Positions 36,931 to 50,043 of a stretch of 64,000 nucleotides of DNA are shown one piece after another; within the stretch, counting starts at the first letter, position 1, and the number at the start of each line of letters is the position of its first letter. Where the stretch lies: assembly GCF_964204645.1 (NCBI RefSeq), contig NC_134025.1:5022001-5086000 (forward strand), given 5' to 3'. The DNA is from Tubulanus polymorphus (taxonomy: Eukaryota > Animalia > Nemertea). The position numbers and the translations under genes are program-made. Under the pieces are notes generated by a model. The model ran no database searches, was not told the origin of the DNA, and worked only from the letters and a program-made list of their open reading frames with translations.

Positions 36931-39900
36931 CTACGTGTCGTCTTGTCCCAATTTTTTATTCAATATGGCCAACGGTCCAACACCACCCTGGAATCCTCCG
37001 CCATTTTGTTGAAACGCCCCCCTTTGGGCCGTTTCGTACAATTGTTTTTGCATCATAGCCAGGGAAATTTTGTTAGCCTGTAAGAAATCCCTCATTGAAA
37101 TCATCTCTCCGGATCCTCTACGCTCTATATCGCTATCGTACGAATCAGCATCGCCATTTGCGTCTGACGCTTTCGTTGACCTGCTAAGGTGACCAGGTGT
37201 AATTGCATTGCGCCGCGGTCGCGGTTTCGGTTTGTAACAACATCGGCAGTCCAGTTTTTTAATCAGCCAGTTAAGAAACTGTTTAATCACAATTGAGGTA
37301 ACGTTGAAAAGACTATATATACAACAGCATCCGAGTACTATAAAAATAAAATTGCCGAATCGGTACAAATGCACGTTGTCGTAATGCGCCCCCTGGCTGA
37401 CGACGTAATCTCCAAAACCGATCGTGGCGAAAGTTACAAAGCAGAAATAGATCGCTTCGAAATAAGACCAGTTTTCGACCGGGTAATACATAGCAGAGGC
37501 GCAACATGCTATCACAACTGCTCCCAGGAAGAGAATAATCATAACCCAATATACAGACGGTTTCCAGGAATCCAGGCTATCATCGTCTGATACCTGCGAG
37601 CCTCGTCTGCCTTTTGGGTCTCTGGACATGAGCCCCTTGCGTCTGAGTTCTCTTTCGTGGATGGATCGTAGAATGTACGCGAGGAAGGTGATTATTCGCT
37701 CCAAGAACAAGTTAAAAAACAGAATGGCACCGGCACAACCGAGAAATCCGTAAAATATGAGCACGATCTTTCCTGGAATCGTTCGGGGTGTCGTCATTCC
37801 AAAACCTGAAATGAGAAGAAAAGATTCAATTGGTTTTGAATAAATAAACAAACAAATAGAAATGAATTTTAATGCGACGTCATGCTTCTTCCAATAAAAC
37901 TACGCTCAATCACAAACTAGAATTCAACTATAGTTTTCTTCATTTATTGATTGAAATATTCTCCATCTTTTTTCTCTAGATCTCTGATATCTTGATCTAA
38001 ACCGGTACTTAATAATTGATTCAATTTTCAAGTTAAGTTATTGATACAACTTTTCCGAGCAATAAAATTAATATCAATATCAAAGCTGGAAAATGTGTAG
38101 ATAATAATAACCATAACAGCTGGTAAAGACAAACTGCACTGTAAGTTTTCAATATCTAGCTGTTAATTGAATTTCAAATGATCTGTATCAATTTTGTATC
38201 CGTAAGGTATACGAAGTCTTAACTTCGTTGAAAAAGTCACATTCGAGTATAAAATGATATTCGTCACCGATAGTATTCAGGTTAATTTGATAGGTTAAAT
38301 TCGAATGGTGTAGAATTCGTGTGAAACGATATACGATGGAGTAGGCGTTTGATCGTTTTCAGTTGCATCGTCACTTCGGATTTCCTTTGCTCGTATTAGG
38401 CGCTACGCGTGCAACTGCTACTTCATGGTTCCGAAAGAAAATAAATAAAAGGCAGCATTAGTTCTCAAACAACAAATTGATCGATCGTCAATCAACTGAC
38501 GTCGGGGGGGAAATTCGAGCTTTTTAGTTGAACTGATGCTCTGCTGATAAGCGTGCGTGTTATTGTGTGTCCGCGTGCTAATCGAATAAAGAACGGATAT
38601 ATCGATGATGGGTTGAAATCCAGCGAGGAATGTGAACGAAGCCTTTTTAAAAGGAAGCACTATTTTTTCTAATCCCTAGTTCTACTGCTATGATCGCTGA
38701 GGTTATACGTAGGAGCCAGGCCATAATAAGTAGAAATTCGTGCTTTTCCCACAGTGTATCCAACCGAGCCGTATTGACTACCAACAGAATTCGAGTTTTC
38801 AAACGAGTAAACACCATTTCCTGTCAATTGGTTATTTTCAGCTGTATTGACTACTGCTGAATTGCGGATTGGTGTTTGTAATTGTAATTGTGTTGAAGTC
38901 TTTGATTGATTCATTGCCACACCATATGCTTTCTAATCCCTTTTTCTAATTTCTAATTTCCTAAATTCTAAAGAACCACACACATTGTTTCACCTTATGT
39001 TTGATGATGATAAAGAAATGCCATTTCGATTCGTCAGCAGGTAAAAACGTATATCAACGTCTAACATTAAGACCAATATTTCGCGTATTGAACTTGCATA
39101 AACCGAAAGACACTTATAGCTTCGATTGATCATGGATTGATCATGTTCGTTCGTATTCACAGTCACTGATCAGATGAGACAGAGAAAAACTATGAATCCA
39201 ATTTTCTAGGAAAAGATGACTGTTTATGCGCTTCGAATCTTTCCTGGATGAGGCTTGTACAATCAGATTGTCCACTTGGTTACCCGTTGTATACAAATAA
39301 TAGACGGCCAAATAATCCGTTTATAACAAAAACGTCGGTATTTCTGAGAGGGTTATCATTGATTGAAAATAAAGTCATGTGATATCAAAGTTATGTTAAA
39401 CCAATTACTCCCATGACCCATGCATCTGAAACTAGTTCAAGTTATAGTTCCTATCTAAAACCTGTAGTTGCTATCTTGTATTATTACGTATGTATTATTT
39501 CATCCTTCAACAGACAGGAGGGAATACCGAATTGCAAATTTTGCTGGTACCAAAAGATCTCTGTTACATGGTTTTTCTATTGTCGTCGAGTCGGCGATTA
39601 CAATGGTCGCAGCTTAGGTTTATTCGCCATAAAATCGGCCTTATTGCTAAGACTGGCTTTGATCAAAGTGATGAGCGTATAGTAAATGTAACAAGCTAAC
39701 GGCCTAGCGCGGCCAATCAATGTGGCGGGTGTAAAACGCACAAATTGTACTAGGATCTTGAATGCGGTATCTCTACGCCATCAATGTGAATAATGAACAT
39801 AAAAATGGATCAAACCACAGATCAAATAGAACGATACATCGTTCAGGAAATACAGCCTGATATCGCGAGAGATTCCGATATAAATGTGCAAATAGACTGG

Positions 39901-42900
39901 TTGTCGGCACCGAGCTCCTAGAAAGGTGAAATTGAGGTCCAGCCAGCCACTCGAAGCCCATCAGTTATCGAAACAATTAGCAGTAATGAGTATATACTTA
40001 TTCAAGGTTGTTCTTGTGGATTGATGGATAAGAAAATCAACTAAGGCTCTCTTTAACCTATTCATAAAAAACACATTTCCCGTCTTAATTCACTGTTCTG
40101 GACGATGCTATTCGGAGGTGAAAGAATTAAGTAAATCAAGACGGATAACTACACAACGTACATGTTCTACTTGGCCTAAGTTCATCACACATCAATGAGC
40201 TAAATATACACATGTATTCGGTCAGATTCCGGTTTCGAGTGTGCTGTTCTCATGGTTAAGTAAGTTGGATATCTTGAATATTAAGAGTATTCAGAAGAAA
40301 ATATAGATTGTAAAGAATAGTATGAAACAAATGAATATCATTCGGTGATTATCCCAGACCAGAGACGTGAAGGTCAAGTTTAGAGTCAATAAGTTTAAAA
40401 TAAATTTGCTCCCGCATGAATTTTGATGATTAAAAAAACTCTTTTCGAGTGCATTATCTCCAATTGTAGATTCAGCTGTTGTAATAGGTTTGCTTTCCGT
40501 GAGTAAATTAATTTGAAAGTTTCTCCGGATCCCGAGGCACGCAGCTCAACTGCGATGCGTCGACGTCGTTCTGATTTCTTCCAAAACGTCGCCTACAAAC
40601 GTCAGCGAAACGATGAATTCTTCTTACACGATTCAAGCGTCGTTTAAATGTAACGGTGAATTAAACGCCCGCCGAAAGATTTATAAGTAATTTCGACAAA
40701 AACCGGACTGACTGAAGAAACCGACTGCACCACGGATTATAACGTCGCGGAGTCGAGCTCACGCTTCAGATGTTTTGTCACTGACTTTCGAGCCGCTGGA
40801 AATAAAATGAAATGATATTTCCTAGCCTTATTAATAACGCGACTAAGCGAAATTGAGACGAGAACCGGAAATTTTTTCCTCGATTCCGGTGAGAAGATCT
40901 TTCAGTAGTCAGGTATTCAGGTCCGAACAATCCGTTCATTAGATTACGATTCGCTCAATGGATGATCGTGAAATCGGAATTAGTAGTTGTATTGTGAGCT
41001 CAGTGAATAACAGCCGTTGCCGGCTGAATTTTACCCGATTATCCGGGCTTTAAGAAGCTTACGACGAACGCCGGGGTTCATGATGTGTTTTATCCTTAAA
41101 CCTTTCGATTTTCTTAGGATCTTGAAGAAAAGTATTACGTAATTTGTAGTTTTTTATGGAAATATCTTTCTTTATTGCCCAAACTGTTGGGGCCCATGCT
41201 GAATTGAGAATTTGAACTATTTACAAAAAAGATAATTAGGCCTATTTATGGATCCTAAATCCCAATCACTTCAGGACGCTACACACGGAATGAAACAGTG
41301 TACATCCGGGTGCTCTGACAATATCTCTCACTTTTCGCTACAGTTCTATCACGAAATGTCCCGTGCTCGACTAATGATTGGGGTTTCTACTAGAAAAACA
41401 TACGGTCTCCACACAATACATTGAAAGAAAACAAGTGCGGTCCTTTATATTGCGAAACTCAACAAAGTACTACGTGCCATGTTCACCATGAGGGAACGAT
41501 TTTCAACGGGCAACAGATCGTTGTTCACACGATATATCGCCGAGAGCTTCTAACCTTCACCCGACCAAATCAGTGCATCGACTCGTTATTGAGTGCTGTA
41601 ATGTATGGGTATTTGCAGGCTGTCAATTATAACTATTCTAGATTTTGGATCCTATTTTGTATTCAGTGAGGTATATTTATGAGTAGAAAAATTTGACGTA
41701 TACGACCTATACGTCAAATTTTAATAGAAAAACGAATAAGTATATCAATCATTGTCCCGAAGAATAATTTCAAAAGTTTTCATTCAAATAAAAATGGTCA
41801 TAGTTTGATAGACGAATATTGATTTTACGAATTATTTGCGTCATATTAAGTCGTCTTCAGATGAACAAACTGTTCGGTCAATTACAACGATGAATCAGGA
41901 CAAAATACGACGAAGTGGATTTTGGCAAGACGACATTTGAGCTACATAAACGCCTACTTGAAACGTGTATTTTTACGATTCATTACACGTACGTCTAGTT
42001 ATGAAGCAGCGCCTGCGGGTATTCGCTGATCGACAGGAAAGTCGTCTTTTTAAATTGTAAAACACCGAGACGTTGGCGTGTATACATCCTAAAACACGTC
42101 TCAGCCGCCTACTGTGGTTACAACTTGCACTATTGACAGGGAACGTGTCTGCTTCATTTTCAATTCCTCGAAGATTGCACGCGATCCATTCGAATAGATC
42201 AGCAACCGGATTACGCCCACACATCGGACGTGTTCAATTCAGTTTTTAAAGTTTTTATTTTGAAAGTAAGTCTGATCTGAAATTGGTTCTTAAGATAGTG
42301 CTTTCATCAGTGTTTATCTTGGACTTAAATAGCTCTTAACTATATATTTGATTGCACTGGAATTATATCAATAGTTACACTTATCGATAACTGTTGATAG
42401 AAAATTTGGAATCATGTAACGGGAATTCTTCAATGATATATAGATATACCGATTGACCAAAATAGTATCCTGGGCCAGGTTTTATAGACTGGTATTAACT
42501 TTAACCCAAGGGGCTAAGTCAATTGAAAATGAATTGAGTTAACCCCCGGGTTAAACTCTATACTAGTCTATAAAACTGGTCCCTGATACATTGGTACCGT
42601 ACATCGAATACGACAGACGATACATCGCTCGAGACCCGTATCTTAGATCTGTGTCAAGTACTGGTCAGAAATGATTTATCGATGATCGCACGCTGTCTGT
42701 AACTAATTATCGATAATTATCTGAACACGGTCGACCAGCTACGACGATGGTCACATTCGATGGCATGCCAATTACGAAAATCGTATATCTAGGAGAGTTA
42801 CGTAAAATCCAGTCGACATGAACCATTAGCGATATGTGTATGAGATCAATGCATTGTGTGAAATTTTCAAACCAATGCTGAACCCAGCATCATCGGCCAG

Positions 42901-45900
42901 TTGTCACTGTATATATCAAAACGTGCAGATTGGAGCAAATACGACTGACAAATGTTAATTCTGCGACGTATCTATAATTGGGCTGTCACTTCCGCCTGAC
43001 TTCGTAATCACCCACTGAATTTGGTTGGTTTGTGGTCGCACACATACGCGAAACCATTCTTTCTGTTCGGCTGTGAATGAATTTTGGTATCATTTTGATG
43101 ATAAACTCTTTTCCACCTTTTGCTAAAACATTGATTAGACCGTTTTCGCCAACACGCGAAAAGAATAGGGCTTTACCTGCGGATTAGATCGAAAATACAC
43201 CGATTTGATCTGAATTTAGAAATGGACGCATCGATAATATGGGATCGGAAATCGATGACTACGCGTTTGGCTCAATTGTAATGCGTGGTTTATAATCAAA
43301 TCCTGACACTACGAAGATCCAGCTGCTGCAACCATCGTGGATCGATTTGCGATTAGAATCTAAAGAGATAGGAGCCTACGAATCATTTACTATATTCAAA
43401 GAATATTTCTAAGCGACGGTTTTGGTGTGTATATTGGACATAATGTTTAGCAGTAGCTTTGTACCATAACCATCGCAACGCTTCCGGATGGAATCAATAT
43501 GTCCGACCTGAAATGACCGACCAAAATAGTTCCTCCCAACGCTCACCGAGGCCGAAACGTTTTTCATGGCATGAACATCTTTCCGCAGCCTTGTGCGTTA
43601 GGCCAGACCAAATCAAACCGAGTGATGATAAACACATCGACTTTACGACAACCTGTGACAAATAGCGAGTACCCCATGTAGCGAAAAGTCTAGGCTTTGA
43701 TTAAGTTAAGATTGACGGGAACTTAGAACAGAAATCAAGCCATCCAACTTTTTCACGTCAGTTCAGACACAAGAAACCGTCCGTGGTAAATTGCTTGTCG
43801 ACGATTTTGTCAAGAAGCCACGAAATCCAATCTTCTTAGTTTCATTTCATTGTCGCCTTCTCAAAACCTGGTAATACTAGTACCGAGGTTCTGGTGGAAT
43901 CGATGAAAAATTGGAGTCTGCAATCCGATCTCGCGGTTTGTAATGTCATTTTTAGAAAAAAAAGCAAGCTGTTAGATCTTAATTTTGTTTTAGTTACCGA
44001 TCACAGTGAGTACATAAGGCCCATACACTTCCAGCAGTGCGGATAAGCACTCATTTTTGGTAGATCAACATTTACGTACAGATCATCGCAGGTGAAATGT
44101 CTCGCGCCATCAGCTTTCAGACTATCGTCTTATACGCGGATGGATATAATTGCGTTTATATGCCAATTTAACAGGACTCGCCGTGCGAGGAGAGAACGTG
44201 TAATAGCTGATGGCGGATACAAGCACACAGGTTGCGATTTCCCTTGTATTTATATATAGATAAAGTTACCCAAGGGCATGATGTCAACAAAGTTTGTTTT
44301 TCGTTTTTTATAACTTTATACATTGCTTTGCTATTATAGTGTAGATGGGGCAAGTTAATCTATTGACAATTGAATCATCTCGTAGCAAATGAAGATTGAG
44401 TTGCGAATTCGTGGATAAAAACGCAAAATAAACTTACGTATTGTACGGTGATGGATGCTCGAGGCACATTGGCAATGATTTGTCCAAAAATAGAGAAATT
44501 GAGGAGATTGTCGAAGGATATCAATAGTTCCTTAAGGCTGGATTAGTGTCTCTGTGGAAGCGCCAGTCAGGGCCGAATTCGGTTTTCGTATCTAGTCGAC
44601 TAGTGGTCGGAACTAATAACCGAATGCGCATGATTTCCGAACTATTTCCGGAATATAGTTTTCACTTAGTTCGACTATAGTTGACTAACTCGGATAACCG
44701 AAGTTGGCCCTGGTTGATGCTGCCTTCGCCGTGGACCTTGAACTTGAACTGTGGACCTATGGACAATTGAATAGTCTTTCCTCAAGTAGTCTCTTTGATC
44801 TGATCGTGGACTCGCACGCAATGTCATCGCGTCCACTGTATGTTATGCCACATGTTCTTTCTATGACACCTCGATATATTTTTCCACCAGTAGCTCGAGG
44901 GGTCGATCTCTTTGCTTGAAACTGCCATCGGTATAGATTATGTGATAAGCGTCTCATATGTCATGTTTCTTAAAATGGCTTTTCGGTATTATTCACACTG
45001 TACGGGTGCCATTTTATTCTATAATCCCTGGATTAACATCTTTCTGTATTAGTTATAGATGGTTTTTGAGATTCCGAAAAATGAATGACGTTTAAGGGTG
45101 ACTGCCGTTAGTATTTACTTCCTATAACTTAACATGCACGTGACGTATCTTCGTCTCTTTCGATGCGTACATAATTTAGTTATCTAGTATTTCGTGACTT
45201 GGGGACAGATCAGTCACTCGTTCACTGTCTCTTTCTGGTCGCGCGGGATTCGGTTACAATTACAGCAAATCGTGAAAATTGTGATCCCCTCAATGATTGT
45301 CACTTTCTATTAGTCATCTGTAAGATGGTGCAGAAACGATGACAGTTTCAAGTACGCAGCTATCGCAAGTCGGAAACCCGTCATCGAGCCAATCTTAACA
45401 CCTCTATGAGCGCCGAGTCCAGTTACTGGTTTTTAAAATGTCTCATTATTTCACGGCTTAGTCTGAGTAAAACCTTGACAAGAGAGCGCATACGGCCAGA
45501 ATTACTGAAGGCAGTCTTCGCCGAATGCTTCGAAGAAATCTGACGATATCCTCATGGCTCCCGGTGTCAGATTGTTTTAGAATGCCACGTCATTACTCAA
45601 TTCTAGTGAGATTTACGACGCCGAAACGTAAATAATATCTCCGTATTTTATTATTTCCGTTTTATCCCCCTTACAAAAGGTGTATTTGTGAGTTCTTCGA
45701 AAATTTGAAATTCTGTTCATTTTATCGCAGTAGTTCGAATTATAGCCAACTGAAAACACAGCACGTCGTTCGCGTAAATAGCGCGTCGAATCAGAAGTCA
45801 CTTCGAACATCGAATTTCGTTTTTTTTCTCTCGTGGCCCATTGAACAAATCAGTGCCATTTCATCAGACAGTGCGTCTAGATGCGATTAAACAGAAAATT

Positions 45901-48900
45901 CAATTCCGAACGCCGACGAACAAAATGAAATCAGTTCCGTTCGCTTAACGCTCATTAAATTGTGCTCGTGTCCGTTCTTCGCCGGTGATGCACTTATCCC
46001 ATGACAAGGCATCGACGACGGACGGGCAATGTCTGGTAGATGATAAGAAAATACGATAATTAATACTAATAAAACATGAATGCAGGCACGGCCGTTAAAT
46101 TAGAGCAATTACAGGCAATCGCACGAGCAGTTTCGCAATTCGTGAATTTTCGGTGTTGCAAGGTAATTGCGGGATTTCACAGGGTAGGCGCGCTTGACTA
46201 GACATCATACCGGGTATTAAAGTGCTTATCGGAGTGCCATCGATTGCCTTATAACTGTCGGAGAACACGTGAGAACCCTGCGGCATAAAATTCAAGACTG
46301 TGTAATTCACCTGAGGTAGAAGAGTGTATAAATACATCGTGAAAAATCGACTTCATTAGTAAACGTCTGTAGAATTTCATAAAAAACAAACAAAAAACGA
46401 CGTTACACGTTTACGCTTCAAACACTTAAGCATATTCTAAAACGACTATCCAATGACACGGAAATGCATCTAAAATTATTTTTTTCATGTTTTTTGTTAT
46501 GCGTAAAGGTTCGTTAGCCATTGACGCCATGAAGTCATAGGTTACATCAGAAAAATCAAGTTATTTGACGTCTGTATCTTAAGATGTATTATTGGCACTG
46601 GCTACAAGAGGCAGTTTGTACCGCAATGGAGAAAATACTTTTTTAAGAGAACTGGGAACTGGTCATTGACATTATCTATATACCAGGATTTCTAACCCGT
46701 TCAAATTTGCCAGCAAATGTTGTTTTCGGTTGGTCGGTTACACATTTATCTCATCGATAAATTTTAGTCTCACGATTGCCCTCACGAGGCCTTTTAGTTT
46801 CAATCATTTTCGGGATTAAAATTCAGCACGCCATACATGGACTTAATAAAATGGGAATGAATGAATAATGAAGATTTTATGGTTTTGCTAACCATCAACA
46901 AATCATGAGTCAACGCGCTACGCTCGAGTTCAATAGATTAATAAAACATACCACACGTATACTTAATATGACCTATTATGATTATTTTCATGAGGAAATC
47001 CGTTGCTGGTGATAGTGTGATATCTCATGCTTTAGAGGGTTACGATAGATTTGATATTCTGACGAAATATTACATTTTTGATGATTTCTTTGTTCCACAG
47101 ACACGCGGAGGTAAAATGACGTATCAAATATAAGACCCGTCTGGAGACAGTTACATCCGCTCGGATGGAGACGACGCCGTAACTGCGGAAATTCCATCCG
47201 ACACGATAAATTCATTGGCGTCATAAGTGCGTGTTTTATTCCCCAATTCATTCGCTTTTCGTTATTCATAATTAATGATTCAACCACAAACCTGAATTAT
47301 TCACTTCCAACAAAAATTAGTCGCCGAATACTTCCAAAACTATTAAATGCAAAACGTCGAAGCAAAACCATATATACATATTTGAAAGAAAAGGAATCGA
47401 TGAATATTTCGGTCAAGAAAAATATAGCATATAAAAAGATTGATGCCCATCTATTATCAGTTATGAGAAGATCCCTTCAAACTTGCCGTCATTAAGTGAT
47501 ATGACGATCAACCATGGAATTTTTGCACCGTTTGAATTGGTGAACTTCAGAAATTCGGCTAAAAATGTTTCATCTTATTTTTGCGAACCGACACAAATTC
47601 ACTATCTATTGGATGCCCAATGATTATAAATCGGTCAGTGTTGATACGTATGTATAATCGGTTATCAAATTTCATTGAGATTTATATATTACATCAAAGG
47701 TCACCATGGGAACCACTATGCGATACAGAGGTCAACGAAATAGCAATTATTGACAGGCAATAAATTCGGCTTATTTTCCAATCCTGCTGTGCCCGACAGA
47801 ATTGTAGTCTTGAATTGCGTGGAGAAATGCAAGTTAGAGGAAGTGCCGGAGCAAATTACGAGAATCTGCCGCCTGTTGCTTCCGGCGCCATTAAGTCGAC
47901 TTCTCCCGAAAAATAGGTGATAGTCACACTGTGCAGATATATACATATTCTTCGAACACTTCTCAAGAGAAGGCGGTGACGTGCTATTGTGTATACATTA
48001 TTTATATATGACACGAAACGAAATAAAAAATGAATCGGGGCAAATCATTTCCGGATAATCATCAGATTCAGATCACGACTTCAAGCAACAATTCGATACG
48101 CCAGGCGACAAAGGCGATTTCGTTTCTTCATAAGATTTATCATATCTCACGATACGTGCAGTTGCATACCGTAACTTATAATATACCTTAGTCTCACCGA
48201 TATAATCTATACATATAACTATAACCGATCCGCAGATTTGAGGTATCTATGCATCATGCTGTGTTTATCATTAAAATACACTTTAACGTGCAGGTGCCGA
48301 TTCAAAGTACTGCGTTCAAGTAGTTTTTTTAAGCGAATGTAATATGAATCATCGTGTTCAGTGAAGAGCTCACAAAACAGATGTGGATAGTGCAATTTTA
48401 CAACTATCAAACGCTTTTCTATGATCCTGTAAGATATTCCGCTATTGTAAACAGAAAAAAAAACGATTTTTGGATTTGCAAAAGTTCCAGTTAAACCATG
48501 GACTCCAAAACGAGTAGTAGAGTGCGTCGTCAAACGCACTGTGTATTCTGTATATCTAGACTTGTGACATAAAACCTGAATTTCAATCTAATGTGATTTT
48601 ACAAAAGCGGAATTATGATTAGTTGCTACTGACAACCCTATATCACGCTCAATGATTTCCACAGTTCAATTTCATCATATAGCTTTGTGAAAGTGTGGAT
48701 TGCATATCAACACGGGAGGATATTATTGTTTCGGGATAGACTGTTATTGTCCAACGCTTTTAATAGTCAATGGTGCGGGTCTTTTTCCCAATCTATTTCC
48801 GAAGGGACAGCCTGCGCAATTGATTAATTATTTATCAAGGTGACAACGGGCTGAAAGTGGATATCGTGTCACACGAGATAGAACTTAAATACACCTAAAT

Positions 48901-50043
48901 CCATCATCGTTTACCCATTGCAGCGCGTTTCATGTGCAACTGAACAACGCCAGACAATGTTCGACGACGTATTCCGTTTCAGACGAGAGAGAAAGCTATC
49001 TACTAGAAAGATCATCGCCTATCACTTCCGATGCAAACATAATATGAGTGCCCTGAAGCTACGAAAAGAATCTACACAATTGGTTGTATTTTCGTATCAC
49101 CGCGATATCAGTCTGCGGGGGAAATATCCACGTTATAAGCAACCAATGTTGATATTGATAATCGCAGCTAAGCGCAACTATACACATAGAAAAGACCAAC
49201 AGCTGTTTCTCGGACTGTTAAAACCGACATGTTCTCCCATAATCGGTTCCAAAGGCTATTTAATCAGCAAATTGATCGCATAATTTATCACACTGACGTC
49301 CGTACTATTTTTTAAATAGTACGATCCGCATTTAATGCTTTAGAGATGAACACAAGGAATGCATTAAATCAATAGTGTGTAGACTTTAAGAGCGAGTTCG
49401 AGAAGGATTTTTTTAGAAGAACCTGATAACATTCGACCAATCCAGTCGCGATCAACAGAATGCAAAAGCTACACAATATAACATCGTGGATCACACTTCA
49501 ATCGCAAATGAGGACAGCTATAAAAGTTAATTACTGCGATTAAAGCGAATTGTTGAAGTTATTGAACATGAGAAGTCTGTCGCAAGCAATTAATTACGTC
49601 TATGAAACCTGACCATAGATGGTTTTAAAATGAAAGACAACTTCTGATTAAGATTTAGAATTCCAGCGAGACAAAGTTGCTATGCAAGGCACGTTTGCGT
49701 TCTACTTACCGATTGTTGAAACCACCGTTCCAACAAAATAGAAAGATCCGGAAAAATCCCATCGTTCTCTTTTATCATCGATTATTCCTGCTATACTCGC
49801 GTCGGCGTGATGTTTTAGTAAATTTTGCAATTCCGTCTCGTTAACTCGCGGGTTGTTATCCAAAAAGCGTCGTAGGGCTTCGTGATATCTACTCCTTTCG
49901 TTCAGTTCGTTTTCGCGTTCTAAAAACATGAACACAGACGCCCCGGATAGCATGTATATGACCATGACCAGCGCCAGCAAAATAAAGCGGGCGTTGTCCT
50001 CCTTCAAGTGAAGTGCGGAACAACATCCATCTCTTGGAGACAT
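36931..50043 (-). CDS. KCNK13: Two-pore-domain K+ channel, THIK subfamily (KCNK13/KCNK12-like), 2 coding exons, 402 aa
   Basis: Exon 50043-49710 (334 nt) joins exon 37805-36931 (875 nt) across a phase-1 intron of 11,904 bp that splits TIG|FG. THIK signatures are LKEDNARF, WDFSGSFYFVGTVVSTIGFGMTTP, FFNLFLERIIT, WKPSVYWV, TIGFGD, GCCCIYSLFNV and C-terminal GGVGPLAILN. Confidence 0.95.
38677..38934 (-). repeat. Inverted partial copy (~92% identity) of coding segment 33307-33558, inside the K2P intron
   Basis: Manual alignment gives about 20 substitutions in 252 bp plus a 6-bp TTACAA duplication. It is flanked by the direct repeat TTTCTAATCCCT (38666-38677 and 38930-38941). Confidence 0.95.
41688..41722. 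repeat. Perfect 15-bp inverted repeat with 5-nt loop
   Basis: AAAATTTGACGTATA-CGACC-TATACGTCAAATTTT. Confidence 0.9.
42470..42585. mobile_element. Palindromic (hairpin) MITE, ~115 bp
   Basis: The arms GGGCCAGGTTTTATAGACTGGTAT..TTAACCC..GGGG..TCAATT and AATTGA..CCCC.GGGTTAA..ATACTAGTCTATAAAACTGGTCCC pair along almost the whole length. Confidence 0.7.
44568..44712. mobile_element. Palindromic MITE, 145 bp
   Basis: The termini are CAGGGCCGAATTCGGTT and AACCGAAGTTGGCCCTG, with further internal pairing (TAGTCGACTAG..GTCGGAACTAA / TTAGTTCGACTATAGTTGACTA). Confidence 0.7.
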
